Positions 10,767 to 20,254 of a DNA stretch of 64,000 nucleotides are shown here, one piece after another. The DNA comes from an uncultured Planctomycetaceae bacterium. Lineage in GTDB: Bacteria > Planctomycetota > Planctomycetia > Pirellulales > PALSA-1355. The notes beneath the pieces are model-generated. The model made no database searches, was not told the DNA's origin, and was given only the letters and a program-made list of their open reading frames with translations. Every line of letters starts with the position of its first letter. Positions within the stretch are counted from its first letter, which is position 1. The stretch covers positions 1,440,001-1,504,000 of the forward strand of contig CAWAUV010000008.1 of the NCBI GenBank assembly GCA_963785305.1, read 5' to 3'. Both the position numbers and the translations under genes were made by a program.

Positions 10767-13700
10767 TGTCGCGACCTCCGGCCCCGAGTGGCCCCGGGCT
10801 TGGCGATCGGCTCGGGCGGCGCGCCAGATACAGGTGGCGAAGCAGACTCGAAAGCGCCCGCGGGGGAAGTGGTCGCGGCGCCCGCGGACAATGGCCAGAC
10901 CTTGCCGAGCGAGCGCACATGATTGATCCGGCAGACGGTGCTGTATGCACACTGGCTCGTGCAATCGTCGTCGCGACTGGCCACCGGAAAGTCGCCATTG
11001 CGAACGCCGCGCACGGCCGCCAGCACCCATGCCGCCAGTCGAAGGCGAAACTCGCGCCACGCTTCGCTCTCGGCTTCCGGCGCTTGTTCGGGCTCGCGAC
11101 ACGCAAGGGCCATCGCATAGCCGCTGCCTTTGAGAAACCAGTAGCCAACCTCGAGCGGCGTCGCCTTTTTATCGGCCAGCAGCAGGTCCGACGCGACCAC
11201 GGCATAGAGCGGCAGTTGCAGCGCCAGGCCCTCGTCGACGGTCGCCGCCAAACGCGGGATCGGCTTGCCGCTCTTATAATCGAGCACATTAAAGACCAAC
11301 GCTTTTCCGACGCGGCCGACATCGATCCGATCGATCCGCCCGCGAAGCAGCACGACCTCCTCGCCGCAATCGAAGCGAAACGGCGCCGTGGTCGAGAGCC
11401 GATCGGTCGCCAACGCATCGGGTGTATTCGCCATGTCTTCCTCGGGCTCTTCCCTCGCTCCGAAGGCAACTTCGAAATGCGAGGGCAGAAGCAAGTCGGC
11501 TTTCTTCGCCATTTTGGTCGAGTAGGCGCCATGTTGCTTGAGATAGCGATCGACGGCCGTGGTTAGAAGTCGGCGGTCGATTTCCGCGAGCGCCGCGGTC
11601 AGCGGCGTGGCGCCCGGCGGCGGGGAGCAGAGTTGGCCGAGCAGTTCATGGGCGTCGGCCAGGGTTTGTGTTTCATCGCCAAGCGCCGCGGGAGCGCCGG
11701 CCCGATCGTGCGCGCGGCGATGCAGTCCGGCGAGCACGCCATGTAATTTCGAGCCCCGCCGCATATAGTCGGCCGATAATTCGAACCCTTCGAGCGGCGC
11801 GAGTCGCAGCACGCGCTGGGCGAAGAATTGATAGGGACACGCGACATATTGCTCCAATTGGCTGACGCTCCACAGCGCCTCGGGGCCGAATCGCGCCGCC
11901 AGCCGAGCGCGCGCCGCGGGCGAAACGACTAGGCCCTCGAATTCGCCAAACTCGCCCGCCCGTCGCGATTCTTGCATGCACAGTCCGCGCCGCAGATTCG
12001 CCGCCAAGCCGGGTCGCTCGATCGCGAGCAAGGACTTGAGCAGCGACGCATCGGGCGCGGCGCTATCGGCGGCCCGAGACACGGCCGCCAGCCGCAGGTC
12101 GCGCTCCGAGAGCGGATCGCGATATTCGGGCAGCGGTCTCAAGTGCAGCGGCGCTCGAGGCGCCAGCAGGCGGCCATCGCAAATGACGTCGAGTTCGTGG
12201 AGATAAGGGCTCGGCATCAGCGGCTGCGCCTTGGAATCGAGCGCCGTGTAGCTCAAATACAACCCACGTCGGGCGCGCGTGAGCGCTTCGTAAAAGAGCA
12301 GCATCTCGGCCCGGCCGCGCTCTTCTCGCGCCGATAGCGGCAATCCGGATTTGACCAGATCGTCCACTTCCGTGTCGGTGAGAAACGAGCGCGCGCCGCC
12401 GGCGAGCGGAAACGATTGCTCGCCCAGGCCGGCGAGAAACACGAAGTCGGCCGAGAGTCCGCGCGCGGCGGGCGCGGCCAACACGCGCACACGCCCCGCT
12501 TCGTCGTTGCCGATCGGAAGCGGTTCGACACGGAGCAAATCTTGCCACAGTGCCCAAAACTCGAGGCGATCGAGTTTTCGCGCCGGCCGGTCGAGCCAGC
12601 CGTGAAGTCGATCGGCGCCGCGGAGCGCGACCATCGCGGCTTGCCAAGCTTGGGCATCGAGCGATGGCGGAGGATCGTCGCGCGGCGGAGCGGCGGCGTC
12701 GGGCGAGTCCGCGCCGCGCGGGATTCCGGCTTGGTCGGCGAGGCGTTCGAGAGCCGCGGCCCATTCATGCGCGGTGGCGCGGTTCGGCAGTGCTCCGACC
12801 ATGTCGGCTAGTTGCTCGAGCACGCGCAGGCCGAGCGCCGAATGCGGCTCCGTGGCGCGCGACGCATGTTCGAGCCACGCGTCTCGGCCGCGGCGAACCT
12901 GCAACCTCCGCGCCAGACTCGCCGCCGCGGCCTTGGGCCAGCGCGGCCGCAGGTAGCTATTGCCAAGCGCCGAACGCAACACGTTTCCGTTCCAATCCTC
13001 GAATTCGAGCCGCAGCAGCGTGCTTATGGCCGACAGCACGCCGCAGCGGCCGAGCCGGCGGTGACTTTCCATGGCCAGCGGAATGCCGTAGTCGCGAAAG
13101 ACCTCGCGCACGAGTTCTTCGACCGGCTCGAGCGAACGAAACACGACCATGATCTCGCCGCAGGACACGCCCTGGCAAGCTGTATCGTCGCGACGGTCGT
13201 TGCATGAATGTTTGCCCGCCTCGTTGGCGCCGCGCTCTTCGGCGGGCCGCGCGTCGCCGGTAAGCAGCAGTCGCTTGATGCGAGCGGCGATCGATTCGAT
13301 TTCGCCCCGAGCGCTCGCCGCAACCAAGAGCTCCACGCCGCGCAGCTCTGGCGCCTCGGGCCGCGCGGCGCCGGCGCTGGCCTTGCCCGGCGGCCGAAAA
13401 ATGTTGGCTTCCAAAAACGCGAACGCCGGCGGCCTGTCGGACGCGCGCGGGAGCATGATCGTTTCGAGCCGGTGCCGATCGCTTAATTGGGTGGCCGTTT
13501 TGTCGGTCTTGAAAAACAGCTCGCTCCGCCGCGATTCCCCGCCCTGTCCCCCGACTTCGTCGAGCGGCAGCGAGATCACCAACCGCTCGACGCGCCGAGC
13601 CAGGATTTGCAATATCTCGTGCTCGGCGCCCGTGAAGTCGGTGAACCCGTCGACGAACACGGTTCGCAATTTATCGAACGGCTGCGTCTGCCCGGCGGCG

Positions 13701-14264
13701 AGCAAGGTTCTCGCGGCCCAAAAACGGCCTTCCGGGTCAAACAGCCGTCGCTCGTTGAGAAGCGCTTGATAGCGGGCATACAAGTCCGCCAGTTCCGAGA
13801 GCTTCGCGTCGCGACGAAACGAGGGCATTCGCTCGGCAAGCATTTCCGGCCAGACTTCGTGGCGTTTCAATTCGCGAATGAAGCCGGCCAGAAGATCGAG
13901 GAAGCCGGCGGTGTCGACAATGGGGCGGAAATAAGCGAGCCGACCCTCGCGATCGGCCGCGGTGGCCAGTTCGCGCAAAATCTCACGTTGGCCAAGCCGA
14001 TTGAGCGCGTTCAGCGGCGTGGCCGAGGCGGCGAGAATGCGAATGGCGAACTGCCCAAACGTGTGGCATTGCGGACTAAAGCAGGCCGTGAGTCCCGGGC
14101 CAAGCAGCGATTGCCGCACATCGTTCACATTGCGGCCGGCGGGCGCCAGCCAGAGCGAAGCGCCGGTGGGACCTGCGGCCAAGGCCTGCGCGATATTCGC
14201 TCAAAAGTCGCCGCGTTTTGCCGCAGCCAGCCGGACCAGCCACGAGCACGACCTGAGCCGTCAT
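10763..14264 (-). CDS. addB: AddB/RexB-like helicase-nuclease subunit B (apparent frameshift near 14190)
   Basis: N-terminal GPAGCGKT in ORF 14076..14264, VDGFTDFT, and C-terminal nuclease (SVSQLEQYVACPYQFF...GRIDRID...LDYKSG...LQLPLY...CTSQCAYSTVC) with four Cys typical of the AddB Fe-S staple. Confidence 0.88.
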
Positions 14265-14437
14265 GGAGCGTTGCGTCCCGTCTTACAAAAAGATGTGGCG
14301 CGGGTCGAAGACCAAATCGCCGCCGCGCGCTTCGCCGACCCGTGCCCGAATCGCGGCGAGGAATCTCCATTGTCGTGATTCGCGACAAACGCCACAATCC
14401 CCAGGCCAACTTCGCCCCGCGGCATGCGAGGAACGGT

Positions 14438-14518
14438 CTAAAAACAACTTCCTGATTTGTTCGCCCCTCGCCTACCCTCTCCCGAAGCGAGAGGGGCTCA
14501 TCGAGCAGTTATTCTTAG
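14438..14518. repeat. MITE/REP-like palindromic element
   Basis: Imperfect terminal inverted repeats CTAAAAACAACTTCCTGAT / ATCGAGCAGTTATTCTTAG (14 of 19 complementary) around an internal CCCTCTCCCGAAGCGAGAGGG hairpin. Confidence 0.5.
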
Positions 14519-14546
14519 TCCGTTCCCCACTCCAAGCGATTCACTC

Positions 14547-16010
14547 GTGGAACCACAAGCGAAAATCAACCGCGACGAGCGACGATGGATTTGGGGGTCT
14601 TATGCCGCGGCCCTCGCGCTGCTGATCGTGTTTTGGGAGCCGATCGTGCTTGGCCGGCTCGCCGCCGACTTTTATCACAACTACGACCTGGGCATCTACA
14701 GTCAAGCGATCTACAAGATTTCGTGGAGCGATCCGAACCCCTGGCTCTCGCTGCGTCACTGCCATATCTTCAACGACCATTTCGATCCGATTCTGTGCGT
14801 CGCCGCGCCCCTGGCCAAGCTCGTCGAACCGGCGCTGGCCGGCATCGCGGTGGAGCTCTTGTTCGTGGCGAGCGCGCCGCTGGCCGTGGTTTGGCTTTGG
14901 AAACGCGAGCGCGTGGCGGCCCAGTGGGCCGCGGTGGCGATCGTGTATTTGCTGCACAACCGCGCGACGATCGCCGCGATCGACTATCCCTTCCATCCCA
15001 CGACCTGGGCCATGGCCCCGTTTGCCTGGCTCGTGGCGGGTATTCTCGCCGACAAACGCGGCGTGGTGCTGGCGGCGCTCGTGGCGCTCATGAGTTGCAA
15101 GGAAGAGTTTCCGCTCGTCGGTTTCATGGCCGCGATGCTCTATGCCGGGAGGAGGGAATTTCGCTTTGCCTCGCTCTTGGCCGGCTGCGCCGCGCTGTGG
15201 CTCGCCGGAGTGGTCTGGCTGCGGCCGTGGCTCCTGGGACCGGTGGTCGATCATGCCGCGCATCGGCTGCATGAAACCGGCGATTTCGGCGAACAACTTG
15301 CCATCGCCTGGAGCCATTTCCGCTTTCGATTCCTCGCTCAGATTCTGGCGCCGCTCGCGCCGCTCGCGCTGTGGGCAGCGTGGCCTTCGCGCTCGCTCGT
15401 GGCGCGGGGAGCGCTTTGCGCGGCGATTGCCCAGGCCCGGGCCACGCCGAGCGCGTGGCTGCTGCTCGTGCCTTTACTCGCGATCCGCTATGTGGGCCAT
15501 GCTTGGAAGTTTCACTATCTCGCGCCGCTGGGGCCGGCGACGGTGCTTGGCCTCGCCCCGCGCGACAATCAGGCGCGGCCGCCGCGCTCGGTGTTCGCCG
15601 GCGTGTGCTTGCTGCTCCTGGCGGTCAACGCGCCCTATTGGTGGATGCAAGTGAAATACGATCCAGACGATTCACGTCCCTGGCGAGCGGATCGCATGGC
15701 GTCGATCGCCAAGGGCCGCGCCTTTCTGTTGACCGCGCCGCCCGGGCCGGCCTTGGTCGAGGGCAATCTCGCCCCGCGGCTTGTCACTCGGCCCGAGCTT
15801 TATCAAGTGGCCGGGCCCCATGACCGGCTCAAGGGCGAGTTTCGCTATGTGTTCGTCGAGAAGCCGCCGCGGGGTGGTCCGTGGCCAGCGACCGAAGACG
15901 ATTGCCGGCGCTTGATCGCCCAGTGGCGCGCGACGCCGGGCGCTCGGATCGTGCTCGACGATAAGCACGTGTTCCTGGCCGAGGGCAGTTTCCGCGATTT
16001 GCCGCCGTGA
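14547..16010 (+). CDS. DUF2079-like multi-pass membrane protein (GT-C glycosyltransferase-like)
   Basis: YDLGIYSQAIY, NDHFDPIL, FHP and CKEE motifs plus many TM segments. GTG at 14547 chosen because the upstream ORF part runs through the repeat element. Confidence 0.7.
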   Translation: MEPQAKINRDERRWIWGSYAAALALLIVFWEPIVLGRLAADFYHNYDLGIYSQAIYKISWSDPNPWLSLRHCHIFNDHFDPILCVAAPLAKLVEPALAGIAVELLFVASAPLAVVWLWKRERVAAQWAAVAIVYLLHNRATIAAIDYPFHPTTWAMAPFAWLVAGILADKRGVVLAALVALMSCKEEFPLVGFMAAMLYAGRREFRFASLLAGCAALWLAGVVWLRPWLLGPVVDHAAHRLHETGDFGEQLAIAWSHFRFRFLAQILAPLAPLALWAAWPSRSLVARGALCAAIAQARATPSAWLLLVPLLAIRYVGHAWKFHYLAPLGPATVLGLAPRDNQARPPRSVFAGVCLLLLAVNAPYWWMQVKYDPDDSRPWRADRMASIAKGRAFLLTAPPGPALVEGNLAPRLVTRPELYQVAGPHDRLKGEFRYVFVEKPPRGGPWPATEDDCRRLIAQWRATPGARIVLDDKHVFLAEGSFRDLPP

Positions 16011-16031
16011 GTCTCGCATGCCGCGAGCCCG

Positions 16032-16588
16032 CTAATCCATCACCAGCGCCACGATCGCCAGCACGAGCATTGCCGACCCGACCATGATCTTGGCCAGCGT
16101 GCCGAAGACGCGGCCGAGAAAGGCGCCGACGCCGACTCGCCAGCTATCATCGAGCGCTCTCCCTTTCCAGGCTTCGCCGAGCATCGCGCCGATCATCGCT
16201 CCGAGGCCAGCGAAGAGCACGGCGGCCACGAGCGAGCCAATGATCGGAATCGGCAGTCCGACCCCCACGCCGACCAATCCGCCGATCACGGAGCCGACCA
16301 ACGCGAGCACCGCTCCGCGACGACTCCCGCCGACGCGCTTCACTCCGGCCGCCGCCGCCGCGACTTCCACGATCTCGCCCAGCGAGGCCAGGGCGACAAG
16401 GGTCAACACCACCGGCCACCCGATCGCCAGCGGCGCGTCGCCGCCGCGCAGGCCGGCATAGACGCCGTGGCGCCCACCATGACCCAATTGCCGGGCAGAC
16501 CGATCATGGTCATGACCCAGCCGGCGATGAGCGCCAGCAACAGCGCGGCGACCCAAAGTCCGACAATCAACATCGACCCAAACGTCAT
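16032..16588 (-). CDS. DUF456-family membrane protein (apparent frameshift near 16463)
   Basis: GLPGNWVM, GGSRRGAVLALVGSVIGGLVG and GAMIGAMLGE...GVGAFLGR motifs, split over ORFs 16403..16624 and 16032..16673. Confidence 0.78.
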
Positions 16589-16753
16589 GAAGCGTCTCGC
16601 CGGTTGCGAAGCCCCTTGGAGCAATCGAGCCCTCGGCGCTTAGCTCCATTGCAGCGCGAGGCCCGCGCCGCATTCTAGCAGGCCGCGCCCCGGGTTCGCG
16701 CTTCGCGCCCGGAGGATTTTCGCGATGACCATTCGCCGGGTGACGCCAAAATG

Positions 16754-18139
16754 TCAGAACTGCCTGACGCTCGTCTTGCCGTTGTCCGTGGAACGAGCCG
16801 CTTCTTCGCCTTCGGCATTATCCGCATCGCGCCAAGCGGCCACGGCTTCGGGCGCATCCAGCGGCTTGAAGACCCGGCGATCGTAGATTCGCAGGGAGTG
16901 CAGGCCGTGTCCGAGCGGTCCGATTTCCCAGTTGTGGTCGCGGCCCACGATCAGGATGCTGGCGAGATAGTCGATCGCCTTGATCATGCGCGGGTTCGTC
17001 AGATCTTCGTCGCTGAGCGAATAGCTGAGCCACTCGGCGATGTGGCCCGAGGTCTTGAGACGGCGATCGATGTCGGGATTCGCTCCGCGGCGCACGAACC
17101 ATTCGGTGCTGAAGCTGCCGTCGTTGTTTTGGAGCGTGAATGTATAACGATGGAAGTCGCGGATGAAAGTCTGGGCGCGGCGGAATTCGCCGTTGATCGG
17201 TTGACCGTGTTGGCCGCGTTTGTTCACCGCGTAGCTGAGGCCCATGAGGCGATGGGTGCCGCCGCAGGCCGACCCTCGCACCGGCTGAGCCAGCTCTTCA
17301 TGCACCAGTCGGGCGATACTCCAGGTTTGGCCATCGCGATTCTGCCAAGTGGATTCGGGATCCAAATAGTGCGAGAGCCCGATCAGCTTGAAGGTCAGCT
17401 CCTCGCCGGCTTGGCAAGCCATTTTTTCATGTTCGACCAAGTTCTGCACCGTGAAGTGGTGGCCGCTCACGCTGAGCGGATAGTCGCGCTTCACATGGCA
17501 CTGGGCGATGATCGCCAGGAACTGTCCATAGTGGCCTTGGAATCCGGGTCCTTGACGGGCCACGATGTCGCCGTTGTTGACATAAAAAAGTTGTTCGCCG
17601 CGGCAAGAGCCATTGAAGCACATCCAGCCGATGGCGTTGACTTCGTCGCCCGAGGCCGCGCCGCGAAACATCTTTGCGTCAACGCCATAGGCAATGATGC
17701 CGTGCATCACTTCCCAGGGGCTGTTGTCGCGAGTGTTGAGATGCTTGGGATAATAAATAGCCAGCGCCCGGCGCACTTTGTTGCGCAGCGCGACGAGTTC
17801 CGGTTTGAGCTCCGGCTGACTCAAATCGCTCGAGCTTCTCGGCGCGTCGTGCGTGGGGTCGACCGTGGGGCCTTCGGCCGCGGCGGCCTCGCGCTCGGGC
17901 CCGGTCGGCGGGGCGGCGGGAGTTTCATCGGCCATGCCGGGCGACACCATGCGCACCGAGCCGCCGGGAATGCCTTCGTCGGGGTCGTTGTCCACTTCGA
18001 CAACCTTGACCTCCGCGGGCGTCGTGGCCTCGACCGTGTCGGAGTCGGAATCGTCGGCCCACGCCCACGAGGGCGGCGCCACGCTGATTGCTCCGATCAC
18101 GAATCCCCACGAAAGCCTTTGCAGCAGTTGCACTGACAT
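16754..18139 (-). CDS. Secreted hypothetical protein, probably a helical-barrel fold
   Basis: Signal peptide ending AWA-D, acidic/Pro-rich linker, then a globular domain (PWEVMH, QGHYGQFL, ACGGTHRL, QNNDGSFS, GHIAEWL, GPLGHGLH). Confidence 0.75.
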   Translation of the reverse strand: MSVQLLQRLSWGFVIGAISVAPPSWAWADDSDSDTVEATTPAEVKVVEVDNDPDEGIPGGSVRMVSPGMADETPAAPPTGPEREAAAAEGPTVDPTHDAPRSSSDLSQPELKPELVALRNKVRRALAIYYPKHLNTRDNSPWEVMHGIIAYGVDAKMFRGAASGDEVNAIGWMCFNGSCRGEQLFYVNNGDIVARQGPGFQGHYGQFLAIIAQCHVKRDYPLSVSGHHFTVQNLVEHEKMACQAGEELTFKLIGLSHYLDPESTWQNRDGQTWSIARLVHEELAQPVRGSACGGTHRLMGLSYAVNKRGQHGQPINGEFRRAQTFIRDFHRYTFTLQNNDGSFSTEWFVRRGANPDIDRRLKTSGHIAEWLSYSLSDEDLTNPRMIKAIDYLASILIVGRDHNWEIGPLGHGLHSLRIYDRRVFKPLDAPEAVAAWRDADNAEGEEAARSTDNGKTSVRQF

Positions 18140-18733
18140 CACTTCTCCCCAGCCCGCGGGCAAACAGGACGCTCGCATCGACACAAATACAATTCGAATC
18201 TGGAATTCGCGAAGAAGATGCTTCATGCGGACGACGCCTCGAATAGGGGACGCGCAAGGCGCCCAGGCGTTCCGATGAGTTGTCATATCGGAATTTTTCC
18301 GTGGTGTCGTCCAGCGTTAGCGGCCGCGCGCGACCGCCAAAATATTTCCACGGGCAAGCCGCGTTTACGCAGAATACCCACTCGACGCGGGCTGGCCGCC
18401 GCCGCGGAGTAACCACGCATGACGTTGCGTCGCCTTTTCTCCAAAGCCCGCTAACTATCGGACTCGCGCCGCGGAGAGATCGCGGACATATCGCCGCGCG
18501 GACGACCTTCTCGCGCCGGCGCCATCTCGGCGCTTCTGAAAATCGGGGCCGCATGATCGTCGCAATGCGTGGAGTCTTCCAAAAAAACGAGCTTCGAGAC
18601 CCTCGGTCCACGATTCACGAGCCTCGGCCCGCTGCCTTTGCGCTAAGGAAAAGACTAAAGTAAATGAATCCCGCCGGCGGGACGGGCCACCGTCGGGATC
18701 GAGCGATTGTTTCGACGCGCGAAGGTTTGCGGC

Positions 18734-20132
18734 ATGCCACTCCATCCACGACGCGCCATCGCCCCGCCCGCCGCGCTGGCGACACTCGTTTTTGTTCTCG
18801 GGCACGCTTGCGCCGCGATCGCGGGTGAAGAGAGCGGGCCGTCGAATCCGGGGGTCGAAGCGCTGGGCCGCTTGTGGCGAACGGGCGCGATCGCATCATG
18901 GGCCGAAGCAGCCACGTCGGCCGGCGCCAAGGCGCCACACGATTTGGATATTGCTTGCTGGCGGGTCGAGGCGCTCTTGCGCTCGGCGAGAATTCAGCGG
19001 CCGAACAAGCAGCGATCGATGCCCTTGGCGCGGCGCAAGCATCGCCCGATGCAAGCGAACGCGCCGTCAACTCCGGCCAGCGGCTGTTGAAACTTTGGTC
19101 CGTGGCGCGACTTCGGCGCGGGTCGACCTCGAAGCTCCCGGCCTCGAAGCCCGGTGGCCGCGAGCCGAGGGTAGCGAGCCGCTCGCCGCACTCACCTACT
19201 GGCGCCAAGCACTGCAAGGCGCGGCGGCATATCGCATTGCGCGTTTCGGCGCGACCAGCGAGCTGCCGCTCGAACTGCTCGCGTCTCCCGCGGCGCCAAG
19301 CGGCCCATCGCCAAGCGGCGCTTATGCGTTTTCCATTTCCATCAACGGCGCTCCTTCGCGCCCCGCCCTTGTCGACACCGGCACAGCACACGCTGCTCAC
19401 TTCGGCCGCGGCCAAGACCGCCGGCATCGAGCTGGGACCGCGACCGAGTGTCATGGCCGGGTTTGCCTCGTTCTTGGCGCGGCCGGCGATCGTGCGTCGA
19501 CTTAACATCGGTGAGATCGAGCTTCGCGATGTGCCGGTGCTCGTGGCCGACGCGCCGCAGTTGCTCGCAACCGGCGCCAAGCGTCGCTCGGCATCGATTT
19601 GCTCGACCACTTGCGATTGCAGCTCGACTATCCGGCGCGGCGGCTCACGGTGGCCGACGCGACGGCCTCGAATGTTCCGCCGCTCGACTCGCCGCCGCCC
19701 GCAAGCGCCGCCGTGTGGGAGATTCCGCTCTGGACGTTCTCTTTCGCGGCCCTGGCCGAGGCCACGTTTGCCGATGGCGCCAGCGCTCGCACTCTCATCG
19801 ACACCGGCAATCGCTCGGGAGCATTTGTATCGGCCGCTTGGGCTCGGGAACATCGCGGGCATTCGGCTCGCATGGCGCCGGCGGGAATGCTGGGCAGTGG
19901 CCCTTGGGGCGTCGATCGCTTGGATTGCAATCGCCTGATGCTCGACCACTGGCGACTCGGCGCCCGCGAACTTGGGCCGTGGCCGATTCATGGTCCGCTT
20001 CCGGCGGCGCTCGAGCGGCTTGGCGTGGTCGATTTGCTGATCGGGCAGGACCTGCTCGCGGGGCGCCGAGTCGAGATCGATCTCGCCCATCGGCGATTGC
20101 GACTCTCGCGGACCGCCGCCAGCGGCAAGTAG
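18734..20132 (+). CDS. Secreted retropepsin-like aspartyl protease with two tandem domains (about 4 apparent frameshifts)
   Basis: Reconstruction across frames gives a signal peptide, ALVDTG...LGIDLL (domain 1) and TLIDTG...LLIGQDLL...IDLAHRRL (domain 2). Confidence 0.7.
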
Positions 20133-20254
20133 TCCGTCGCGGCGTCGCGATTTGCGCGGCGGGGGCCGCGTCCCGCGTGGCGGGGAAATTTCTCGTCGGT
20201 TTTGGGGCGAGGCTCGCGCTTGCCCGGCGTCGTCCGACGCGATACCGTAAAGTC

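Noticed and set aside
18140..18733. ncRNA or riboswitch in long intergenic regions (also 38890-39318, 49460-50110, 61020-61390)
   Set aside because: No tRNA cloverleaf or known riboswitch consensus was recognisable by eye. An Infernal/Rfam scan would be needed.
19448..20254. N-terminal 270-aa extension of the 1254-aa ORF
   Set aside because: It overlaps the aspartyl protease in another frame and is low-complexity. A good signal peptide begins at ATG 20255.
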